From: Anolis carolinensis | Lineage: Eukaryota | Length of the DNA stretch: 64,000 nt | Assembly (NCBI RefSeq): GCF_035594765.1 | Contig: NW_026943823.1 | Coordinates: 1,550,001 to 1,614,000, forward strand | Direction: 5' to 3' | Shown: piece after piece, positions 16,894-28,863 of the stretch | Position numbering within the stretch: the stretch's first letter is position 1 | Layout of the letters: every line of letters begins with the position of its first letter | The notes under the pieces: model-generated | Told to the model about the DNA's origin: nothing | Database searches by the model: none | What the model saw: only the letters and a program-made list of their open reading frames with translations | Made by a program: the position numbers and the translations under genes

Positions 16894-17608
16894 GACTGAC
16901 AAAATTCTGGAACACAACACACCAGACATCACAGTTGTGGAAAAGAAAAAGGTTTGGATCATTAATATTGCCATCCCAGGTGACAGTCGCATTGACGAAA
17001 AACAACAGGAAAAACTCAGCCGCTATCAGGACCTCAAGATTGAACTTCAAAGACTCTGGCAGAAACCAGTGCAGGTGGTCCCGGTGGTGATGGGCACACT
17101 GGGTGCCGTGCTGAAAGATCTCATCCGGCATTTGGAAACAATAGACATTGACAAAATTATGATCTGCCAACTGCAAAAGGCCACCCTTCTGGGATTTGCG
17201 CGCATCATCCAAAAATACATCACACAGTCCTAGACACTTGGGAAGTGTTCGACTTGTGATTTTGTGAAGCAAAATCCAGCATATTTATCTTGTTTGCTGT
17301 GTCATACAATAATAATACTTTATTTATACCCCGCCACCATCTCCCCGCGAGGACTCGGGGCGGCTCACACGGGGCAAAGCCCGATCAGCATAATTTACAA
17401 AAACAACAGCATAAATACATTGCACAATATAAAAAAATAAAAGACAATAAGGCAATAAAACAAGAGTTAATACAGCAGTAATAATATAAATCTATCAATT
17501 TTTATTTTTGTAGTCACATCTTTTATTTTATTGTATACAAGTGACAAACGAAAACAAATATTACAATAACTAGCAGAACAAATATATTACAGATGCTGGT
17601 CATTGATC

Positions 17609-17639
<31 letters not shown>

Positions 17640-20600
17640 TTATTTCTAACCCACCCTCTCTCCCCAGGGAACTCAGGGCAACTTGCAGAAGGAAAATGGC
17701 AAACATTCAATGCCATGTGCAGCATCAAAATAAGCAAATTAAGCAAAAATAGGCAAGCAAAACAAACAAAATTAAGAGTTAGAATAAATAGATTAAAATG
17801 AACAAATAAAAACAACCTTAGGAGAATATAATCAGTCAGGCCTCATAAGGAACACATTAAGCAGTTAAAACCTGTATAGAATATAAAAATGTAGCTATTC
17901 CAATAAGTTAAGGTGATTATTATCAGCACCGTCAGTCAAGGTAGAGTTAGTGTTAAATTAATCAACATATAGCAAGAAAAATATCCAATGCTGTATAAAA
18001 ACACAAAATAACATAAACCAAAAAGATAAAATCCAATTTCATTGAACATATTTTTTAAAAATAGTTTAAAAGATTAAATTAAAAGCACTTAAAAAGCCAA
18101 ATCCCTATTCCACTTCTTCTTGTCCATTTGTGCAAAGTGTTTCAAGTATAAAGCGGGATATCAATAAATAAATAAGCATACGATAGAACTGGTACCTTGT
18201 TTCGAATGCGGTCCCTCTTGGCCATCTCTTCCTTCTTGTCCTCTTTGGAGGCCTTCTCTGCATTGCCCATGTAGTCGGACAATTCGGCCCTTTTCCCTTT
18301 CTCTCGCAAGGAGTCTCTCTCCTTTTTCACCTCGTCGTCTTTTCTCCTGAAAACCCTCTCTTTCTCAAAGCGGTCTTTCTGCCTCCGCCGCTCGTCGTCT
18401 TGCCGCCGAAATTTATCTCGCTGGATCCGCTCGTACTCTCTGTCCCGGTCGTATTCTCTCTCCCTGTAGTCTTTCCCATAGTCGTCCTCCAACCTGTGTC
18501 CAAAAACGTTGTGAGGTGCAATTTAAGAAGATGCGGAGAAGCGAAAGGGAATGATATTTAACAGTGCCCTGATGACGGAGGATTGGGGCCACTTGATATA
18601 AGATTCAAACAAATTCCTGTCTAGATGCAAATATCAATTCTAAAAACTCACAAATAATTGAAAAACAAGCCTCTCTGTTGTCTTACAAGTCTTAATTCCC
18701 AAAGCCAGCTCTGCACATTGCAGAGCAATGAACCACTATTTGTAAGTCTACATTGCATCCAGCTGACTGCTGCAACCAATCCCAGTTTCCTACCATAAGG
18801 AATAATAATAATAATAATAATAATAATGTTTATTTATTTATTAGCGATATTTATATCCCACCCTTCTCACCCCAAAGGGGACTCAGGGCGAATTACAAGT
18901 TATATGTACATACAACATATTATATTATTAGCATAGCACAATATAAGCATTATATATTACTATATTATACTATACCACTATACTAAAATATTATTAGTAA
19001 TATTACATGTAATATAAATATACCATTATAATAGTGTATTATTATTATGTTGTATTACATTATATTATTATTATTATTATATGTATATACAATATATCAT
19101 ATTATTAGCATAGCACAATATAAGCATTATATATTACTATATTGTACTATACCACTATATTGCAATATTATTAGTAATATTACATGTAATATAAATATAT
19201 ACAATTATAATAGTGTATTATTATTATTATTATATTGTATTACATTATAATATTATCAATATTACAATATATTATATTAGCATAGCACAATATAAGCATT
19301 ATATATTACTATATTGTACTATACCACTATATTGCAATATTATTAGTAATATTACATGTAATATAAATATACCATTATAATAGAGTATTATTATTATATT
19401 GTATTACATTATAATATTATTATCTATATGTATATACAATATATTATATTATTAGTATAGCATAATATGAGTATTATATATTATTATATTGTTATATTGA
19501 CACAGGAGACATGGTGGAATGGTGTCTTCCTGGCCCCCTTTGTCAATCACATTTGTCTATTTTAAATTGTGTGGTAATACTTTTAATGTAAGCCACTTTG
19601 AGTCTCCTTAGGGAGAGATAAAGCAGGGTATAAATAATAATAAACATAATAAATGTAATAATAATAATGCACAGAACAGTCACAACTCAGAAAACGATAG
19701 GCAAGCAGAATTCACTATTCATTCTAAGATCAGGCAGTCAATTAACAATATGTTCTGAGAAACAAGGATACGTACTGGGAAGAAAACACCAATTTCTTGG
19801 CCTTTTCCTCTTTGGCCTCGCCATCGGTGCGCTTGGCCTGGACGCTGCCAACGCTTGGGCTGGCCGCCTTGTCCTCTCGCAGGCTCTCTCTCTCCAGCCT
19901 CTTGGCCTTTTCCTTTTTGTCAAAGTCTCTTTCATCTTTTTCCGGCTTCTTAAGTAGCTAAGAAGAGAACAAATTTAGTTTTCCTTACTAAGTTAGTTCT
20001 AATGCTAAGCTGCTAGAAGGTTGCTCTGCCCCTAAAAATGGAAGGGATAATAATGGTAGAAAGGACAAAACCAGGGATATTTGGCATGTAGTTGTTTTTG
20101 GAATTCATTATTAATGACATAAATTTCACTTCAAGCAGCCTAGACGCATATTCAACAAGAGGCTATGGAATTTTGGGAGTTGTAGCATTGAGCCATGGCA
20201 GCCAAAATTGTGTCAAACCACATTTATTCTACAGTGTAGATGCAAATACTGGTAGTTTTTCAAGCTATACATCAAGAGGTTTGTGTTCCACTACTTTTAC
20301 TTTCATTTCTCTCCTCATCTTACAATTAAATCCATCCTCCAAACCCCTGCACGATTTGTCTAATAGTATTTCTAAGAATGTTATGAGAGAGCAAGATATG
20401 TGCCCCATGTATCCTACGGGAACGAAGCGATACCTTAATTTTCGGCTCGTCCTTGGATCTGTCCCTTTCTTTCTCTGGACACCTCTCCACTTTTTTGGTT
20501 TTTTCCGCTTCTTTCCTTTTCCTCCTCTCCTCTTCCTTCCATTTCCTTCGTTCTTCTTCCCTTTGTCGTTTCCTCTCTATTTCTCTCCTCCTCCTCTCCT

Positions 20601-23600
20601 CTCGTTTTTCTTCTCTAATCCTCTGTTTCAAAGTAAGAAGGACAACTTAAAGAAGGGACTCCACCAAGAGACTTCCTATTGTATACCCTTGGTTGTAATT
20701 AAGTGCCTATAGTGGATTAATTGAGAAAAGGCACTGGCACACAGATACATGGCTTTATTCCCAAACAAATGTGCATTTATATTCATTACTCTCTCCCAAG
20801 AAAAAAGTGAAGACACCTATATGGGGTGGAATAACATTAAAAAGCCCGGCATTGTATCTTCTCTATATGGTTATGGAAAAGGTAATGCTGGACGCCACAA
20901 ATGCATATGCTGAAACACAGACAACACTGAAAAGAATTTCAGTTACCTGTTTATTCTTCAAGAAGTTCAGCAGAGGAGTTGTCTTTTTGGCTAGAGAAGG
21001 AAAACAGTGTTTATTACAATGAGATAACCATTCATGTCTCTTGCACAAGAAACAAAAAATAATGTTCACATATGTCCTGTTTATTTAATCAGATTTAAAA
21101 GCCTTTGACCACTACTGTCAAGAACTCTTCCATCTACGTTTTAGAATCCATTCATTTGGGATTCTCAGTGAATTCACCCAAGTAAAAGGATGTGTGTGAA
21201 ACTATTAGAACCATTACCGGAAATAATAGTAAGTTAAAAGCATCTGTGAACTTATTTGAATAATAAAAATATGTACCGATTAGAAACAATCTATTACGAC
21301 ACTTGGGGATAGGTTAATACAAACATTTCCTGTATCAGCTTTCAGATAAGCGGACTGATTGTCAGCTATGCTCTCTTTTCCCTTCATTTCTATGGGCAAA
21401 AGAGCTGCTTGGTTTCACATTAAACAAGATAGAGTTTAGATACAAACAGAACAACTTTTATTTATTTATTTATTTATTTATTACAATACTTATATTCCGC
21501 CCTTCTCACCCATAGGGGACTCAGGGCGGCTTACAATAAAACACAATATAAAAATATTACAGACAATTCAATCAATTAAAATTGAATATATTAAACATTG
21601 ATAAAAATATACATATAAATACACAATTGGCACATTTCGAGTCTGATAACTGGTCTGTCATTGAATTCTAGGATGGTAATAATTGATGCTGCTGTTATTG
21701 ATTGAAGGCCTGGTCCCACAACCAGAATAGAATAAATTCTCAACACCTTACAAGTATTAACCAGCATTCAGAAAGCATGAAATAGTAAGACAAAAAGATA
21801 TTTCATATAAATCAACAGTGGATTATATGTTCTCAATAGACATAAACATATAAGAACTGCAACAATGACTGCTATACCTATTAATTCTTTGTTTTTTGCC
21901 TCTATTTCTTCTAGTAACGTCTCAGGGGTGGATGTTAATTTCTCATCGTCGGCACTGTAGCTTTCTAAGAACTTCTTGTACTCTGGATCTAACAAAGAAC
22001 CAATGAAAAGAAGATATAAAAGATGTGACCACACTGATACAAACAAAAAAGCTCATAGTAAAACCCAATCAAAGCCATGTTAAATAAATAGTAAAATAAG
22101 TAATGATAATATCACCACCATATTATCATTATTCATTTTGAAGTAAAGCCACCTGTATTCCATCCAATCCTCTTAATTTGTATGTTGAAATTAGTTTCGT
22201 TAGGTAACAAGCAACCACCCCTACTAACCATCGTCAATGGTCCCGGCTTTGGCGTCCTTTTTCTTACTCTTTTTTTTGGCAGCCTTTTGAAATGGTGCAA
22301 ATTCCACTATGGCAGGATATTCCAGACCTGGATGGGTGATAAGTATTTGTTATAACACAACAAAAAGCTGTGTTAGTGGTTTTAGAGATTAAGTTTCCAC
22401 ACAAAACGGAAGTCCTGCTTTTCTGCCCAGGCCTCCCAAACTAGCAGCTGGGGAGAAATCCCGCAAAAAAAGCTTGGACGATTGCAGGAAATACTGGAAC
22501 CAGTAGCCAAGACTGTCTGGCTCACATACTATTATTATTATTTGAGTCTCTCCAACAAGGAGACTCAAAGTGGCTTACACTCAAAGCCTTTCAGTACAGT
22601 ATTATAATGAGCCACCCAAGTGTATACCGAGGTCTTCTCCTCATGTGAGCAAGAATTATACTAAGTGAACTAATTTTAAATCGCAAGACTGTATTGCAAT
22701 GCTTTAGGAGCAGTGATGCTTTTAAGGAGGATTTTATATTAAGTTGAAGCTACTGCTTTGGTCAACATCTCCCTTGGGTAGAGATGGGAAGGTCTGGGAA
22801 AAAAACCCAGAAAAATTGGGGAAAAACTGGGTTTTTTTTCCGCAAAGCCATTTTTTCCCCTGGAAAAACTAAAAGTGTGTAGAATATGTTCTTTCCCAAT
22901 GATAAATCATATATCAAAGGCATGGTATTCAAGCTATATAACATGAAGACCTTAGTGAAGGATTTCTAAGACTTTTTTTTCTACACACCTTTTTCCTCAT
23001 TTTTTCTGGGGGGAAATGGTTTTTTCCCCTCAATTTTTCCATTTTTCCCCAAGCCGTTGCATCTCTACTCTTAGGGTTTTGCTTATTATATTATTTTTGA
23101 ACAAAAAAGAGACTAATCCTGAGATAAATGGCTGCAGAAAGCAAATTTGGCTACATGAAAAATGGCAAAGAAGCAAAATAACATAAGCAACATGATCCTT
23201 CTTCAGCAGTTGATGGTCAAAGCATTGATTGCTTAAGAAGCAGCTGTTTCAAGCAAGGCTTGATGTTCATTGTATGGGGCAGAAGTCATTCCCACTCTGC
23301 CTTATTAATTTCCTAAAACCAGATGTTGCTATACCACACGATGGACCACACATCTGTATGGATCCTTTGAGGAGAAGCTGGCAGCGTTTCCTCCCCACCC
23401 AAAGCCCTTTGCATGCGATCCTGGATGAGCAATAATCGGAATTTTCAAAATAAATTTTGGATGGCACTGGCTCGGCACAGACCATGCAGGTAATTCTACC
23501 CGGTTTCTGAGTCAGCTGAATTATTTTTACAAATTTACGCCAATATATATTTGGACAAAACAGAGATATGATATACATAGCCAAGTTTCAGGCATACTTG

Positions 23601-25389
23601 CCTTTGTGATCAACAAAAACATAACCATCAAAGCGATCCCTGAACAGAACTATGTCTTCTTGGTTTTTAAAGTTGATGTATGCTCTGGAAAACATGTGAG
23701 GGTACAAACTGCAGAAGGACAGAAAATGGCAATGTATAAGGAAACGTCGCTGAGTGATGACTGTAAATATACAAAAACACAAGACGGGTGTAAAACTGAA
23801 AGACATAAATGACATGCCACCGTTACATGCAATACAACTAAAGGTTGAAAGGTCCTCTCACCTGGTGTCGTTAGCAAAGAACTCAAAATAGTCGTGTTCT
23901 GGCAAAGGCTGGAGATGTTCTTCAAGCTGCTCCTTAGTTAAGCTGGGAGGGAGGCGTCGAATCACCACCTGCAAGAGGAAGTGTCCATTTTTACAAACAT
24001 CTGCACCTGTCAAATACATTGTTGCAAATACAGTAGAGTCTCACTTATCCAAGCTAAACGGGCCGGCAGAACCTTGGATAAGCGAATATCTTGGATAATA
24101 AAGAGGGATTAAAGAAACGCCTAGAATCATAGAATAGTAGAGTTGGAAGAGGCCTATTAAACATCAAATTAGGTTATGATTTTGCAAATTAAGCACCAAA
24201 ACATCATGTTATGGACAGAAAAAGTAGTTCAATACGCAGTAATGTTATGTTGTAATTACTGTATTTACGAATTTAGCACCAAAAGATCACAATGTATTGA
24301 AAACATTGAGTAAAAAAATGCGTTGGATAATCCAGAATGTTGGATATATGAGACTCTACTGTATATTGCAATATTATTAGTAATATTACATGTAATATTA
24401 TCTATATATATATAAGAGTGATGGCATCAGGGCAGCGGACAAAACAACAAAACTACAGGCCCCCCAACCTCGAAATTTGACAACACAACCCATCATTCAT
24501 GGCTCTAGGTTGATACAACAACAAAAAAAAGAAAAATAAAGTCCTAATTACAGGAAGAGGAATAATAGTTTTTATCCAATTGCTGCCAGTTTGAAGGCTA
24601 AGCTCCGCCCACTTGGTCTCCTAGCAACCTCCTCAGCCCAGGGGACAGGCACAGTTAGGCCTCTTTCACAGATTATCTGATTTTAACTGGATTATATGGC
24701 TGTCTAGACTCAAGGCCCTTCCACACAGCTATATAACCCATTTAGAATCTTATATTATCTGCTTTGAACTGGATTATCTTGACTCCACACTGCCATATAA
24801 TCCACTTCAGTGTGCATACTAAACATAAAGATAACCATACAACAGACATTTAATACCAGCACTACCTCAACAATTTCTCACCACCACCAGACAACGCCAC
24901 AGCAACGCGTGGCCGGGCACAGCTAGTATAATATATAATTAACATTATATGCATATACGTATGTATTGACAACATTGAGTACAAAAGTGCATTGGATAAT
25001 CCAGAACCTTGGATAAGCGAGTCTTGGATAAGTGAGACTCTACTGTAGTAATGTAATGCTTATATTGTGCTATGCTCATAATATATTGTATGTACATTTG
25101 ATTTGTAAGCCGCTCTGAGTCCCCTCCGGGGTGAGAAGAGCGGGATATAAATGTAGTAAATAAATAAATCACATTCAAAGCACCCCTGACAGATGGCCAG
25201 CCCGCCTCTGCTTACACGCCTCTCCTCTTCCCCATCTCCCCGCTGCGCCCTGACCTTGCTGAGGAGCTCCTTCTTGTCGCGGGGCCTGTCTCCGGGCCTG
25301 TCGGGCTCTCCTCCGGCCTTGGCGTCCGCGCCGCCGCCCACCGCCATCCGCTTCTCCTTGGGCCTCGCGTTCTCCTTGCCTTCCTTCAT
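16565..25389 (-). CDS. UPF3B: Regulator of nonsense transcripts 3B (~472 aa); exons 25255-25389, 23862-23968, 23602-23708, 22229-22327, 21878-21988, 20947-20990, 20434-20622, 19776-19957, 18196-18493, 16565-16711
   Basis: RRM-like VVIRRLPPSLTKEQL, RAYINFKNQEDIVLFRDRFDGYVF, IVEFAPFQK, KKTTPLL and the EJC-binding DRIRNKDRPAMQLYQPGARSR. Exons sum to 1419 nt in frame. Intron 3 needs a GC donor; the exon-8 donor is the least certain boundary. Confidence 0.96.
16894..17307 (+). mobile_element. R4/Dong-clade non-LTR retrotransposon 3' fragment (restriction-like endonuclease), in (TAA)n
   Basis: Translates HNTPDITVV..IINIAIPGD..EKLSRYQDLKIELQRLW..VVPVVMGTLGA; flanked by TAA repeats. Confidence 0.8.
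24031..24361. mobile_element. Tc1/mariner MITE
   Basis: TIRs and TA flanks. Confidence 0.8.
24401..24926 (+). mobile_element. Non-autonomous Helitron
   Basis: A|TCTATATATA ... GCCACagcaacgcGTGGC cgggcacagCTAG|T. Confidence 0.8.
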
Positions 25390-25786
25390 CCTCGACGCAG
25401 CAGCCAGGCCCAACAACAACAAGGCCGCGCCGCCCGCCTTCCTCTCGCGAGAGCCTGCTCCCTCATCCCCATAGCAACACCTACGGAAGTGACGTAGGCC
25501 CCTCTCTCGGTCTCCGCGGTTTTTCGATCGCTATAGCAACAGCAGCGGAAGTGACGTCACAGCGGGTGGGAAAGTCACAACGAGTCCGGCTTTTCATCCC
25601 CATAGCAACAGCTGCGGAAGTGACGCCACGACGGGGAAAGAGAGGGCGGAGAGGAAGTTTGCGTAAGTAAACAAGGTCCTCCTTCCGCCTCCTGCCCGCT
25701 CCTCTCGCGAGACTTGTCTAGGCCGCAACGGTTGGAAGTTGGCGCCTGCGCAGTGCTGCCCTTGGCTGAGGGAAGGAGAAGGCGAG
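25390..25786. promoter_or_regulatory. Bidirectional CpG-island promoter of UPF3B and NDUFA1
   Basis: The two ATGs are ~400 bp apart. TCTCGCGAGA at 25443 and 25703; three atagcaac..CGGAAGTGACG modules; NRF1-like gcgcctgcgca at 25742. Confidence 0.85.
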
Positions 25787-27538
25787 ATGTGGTACGAGAT
25801 CCTTCCGAGCCTGGGCGTGATGTACGTCTGCCTCAACATCCCGGGCATCTCCACCATGATCATCCAGAAGTACACCAACGGAAACAAGGTCAGCCCGGCT
25901 CCCTGGGTCGCCCCGGCAACCCTGAGGCAATTCTGGGGCGGTTGGGTTGAGGGAGGGAGGTAGGCCCAGGGCATCAGCATAATCCTAGTGGTAGTCATAA
26001 TCAGGGATAGAAATAAATACATAATAATAATAATAATAATAGGATACTAACACATCTATATATATATAAAAGGGTAATGAAATTTCGGCCTAGGACAAAA
26101 CAACAAAACTACACATCCCAGAAACACTAAACTTGGCAGCACAACCCCTCATCCATGCCTCTACGTTCATACAACAAAAAGAAAAGAAATATAAAGTCCT
26201 AATTACAGGGAGATAAATAATTGTTTTTATCCAATTGCTGCCAGTTAGAAGGCTAAGCTCTGCCCACTTGGTCTCCTAGCAACCCACTCAGCCCTGGGGA
26301 CAGGCAGAGTTAGACCTCCCTTAGGCCTCTTCCACACTGCCTATAAAATTCGGATTATCAGATTTTAACTGGATTATATGGCAGTGTAGACTCAAGGCCC
26401 TTCCACACAGCTATATAACCCGTTTATAATCTTATATTATCTGCTTTGAACTGGATTATCTTGACTCCGCACTGCCATATAATCTACTTCAGTGTGCATT
26501 TTATCCAGCTGTGTAGAAGGGGCCTCATATAATCCAGTTCTAAGCAGATAATAAAGGATTATAAATATACAGTACAGTCTCACTTATCCAACATAAACAC
26601 CCCGGCAGAACGTTGGATAAGTGAATATGTTGGATAATAAGAAGGGATTCAGGAAAAGCCGATTAAACATCAAATTAGGTAATAATTATACAAATTAAGC
26701 ACCAAAACATCGTGTTATACAACAAATTTGACAGAAAAAGTAGTTGCATGCACAGTAATATTATGTAGTAATTACTGTATTTACGAATTTAGCACCCAAA
26801 TATCACGATATATAGAAAACATTGACTACAAAAATGGCTTGGATAATCCAGAAGCTTGGATAAGCGAGTCTTGGATAAGTGAGACTCTACTGTATGTGTT
26901 ATCCCTTGACACGTTTTCCCTACTCATTTCTGTGGCCCAGGAGAAGCGCATTGCCCGGACCACCTACCAGTGGCACCTGATGGAAAGAGACAGGCGGGTT
27001 TCTGGAACTGACCGCTACTTCGAGTCCAAGGTAAGTAATGAAAAGATTAAAATGCCACATGTTTGCCTTGGTCACAGAGAGGAGTTCCTGATTTGAAATG
27101 GCTATTTCCTGTTTAATTGTACAGTCTTTACTTTGAAAGGAGTTGTGTTGCCAATTATGTTTGTTTGGGACTCTATGAGATTCATTGAAAAACTAGAGCG
27201 AAACGTGCTGCAGGACGTCCCTTCTGCAAAGACAACTTTTTCTGCACTTTAATATACTTTTCCCATGTTTTTATGATAGAACCAATTAGGAAATGACATT
27301 TATAACCCAGGAACAAAAATTGCATTGCATAGTGTTATAGAATGCCTTGCTGTTTGATTGTAAAATCAGAATGTTACTCTAGGAGTGAGATTAAGGAACG
27401 TAATATCTTGGAAGATTTCAGTTGCTAAACCTGGTTGTATAATTTCACTTGAGAGTAGCAGCGTTATGAATGTTGTAACAGACTGGCATATTTTGTCATA
27501 TTTTTTTTATTTTTCAGGGCTTGGAGAATATTGATTAA
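25787..27538 (+). CDS. NDUFA1: NADH:ubiquinone oxidoreductase subunit A1 (70 aa); exons 25787-25888, 26941-27030, 27518-27538
   Basis: [34 protein letters not shown]|[30 protein letters not shown]|GLENID*; GT-AG introns. Confidence 0.97.
26055..26892 (+). mobile_element. Helitron 5' portion (26055-26569) followed by a Tc1/mariner MITE (26570-26892)
   Basis: TC start and body shared with the other Helitron copies; MITE TIRs. Confidence 0.75.
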
Positions 27539-27685
27539 AAACTATGGATCTTGGACTATTATTGATCAAATCAGCCTGATAAACATGGATGTTACTGAAG
27601 TATATCAACCATGCACTTGAGGAATGGAAGATAAAGGGAGGCTGCTAATGATCAACATTGAAATGTATCATAATAAATATTAATA

Positions 27686-27716
<31 letters not shown>

Positions 27717-28253
27717 GAGAGTACTTGTCTCTGTCTGTGGTGTCCATAACTCATGGGACATTACCTAAAAAATGTAACCATGCTTTTGGTTGTTTTCCAA
27801 GTTGCAGCGCTGACATTCAAATGCAAATGAATGCATAGTATGGAAACAAGCCATCTTTTGTGTAAAATGTGAAAGACTTCATTCAGAGATCGATCTAAAT
27901 AATTAAGATGGTGAAAATTATATTTATTTAGCTTCAAAACATGGCCGGGAGAAATAAAGGAGGAGGCAGCAATCCATCATTACCAAACAACGAACCCGTG
28001 ATGTTGTTCATTCCATCTTTTGAAGGCCGTAGATGCAGTGTGGCAATTATATATTAGTTTCCCCTTTTGCGGTATAGTTAAATATGCATAATTCTATAGC
28101 AATAGACCTGGTTACAGCAGGAAGCATAGCTGAGGATGTATGCTAATTGTAATGACATGCGGCAACAAAGCTTTGGGGGTATTGGGGGTATGTCTTCTGC
28201 TTGATTGACTAATATTAATAATGTATATAGTATAGATCTCAATGCACTGGTTT

Positions 28254-28810
28254 CTAATTGTATCCCAGCAAACTCAGGAACAGAGAGAAGACCATGACTC
28301 CATTGATGGCTCTTGCAAAGGACATTCCTCCACATGTTGCATCTTTGTCTGTCATATTGGAAAGGAAAGGAAATGTTATTTATCAGAGGTAAACATTACG
28401 GAGAATAATAATACATATATTTTAAAAGCGTCCCAGATCCTCCAGAGTTGCCCAAGGTTAAAGCATCAGACCAAACAAAAGCAAATAATAATAAAACCCT
28501 ATATTGGGTTAATAATAATAAATAATATTATTAATAAATAATAATAAAACCCTAGCATTGCAACGGGACTACTGTCTTGGCTACCTACCTCCCCCTAATT
28601 ATAGGTCGCACTACTCGCACTTTTGGCCCAGTTTGTTTTAGGTTCTTTTCAGGATTTTATCAATGTATGATTTTTGTATATGGGATCTTATTTGTTTTTA
28701 TTGATCTGTTTTTGTATTGTGAGTTTTATATTGTCTGTTTCGTCTGGGCGTGGCCCCATGTAAGCCGCCCTGAGTCCCTTCGGGGAGATGGGGCAGAGTG
28801 TAAAAATAAA

Positions 28811-28863
<53 letters not shown>

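Noticed and set aside
19760-19773. GTATCCTTG resembling a U12 donor after UPF3B exon 8
   Set aside because: It is in phase 0, incompatible with the evident acceptor at 18494, and there is no well-placed U12 branch site.
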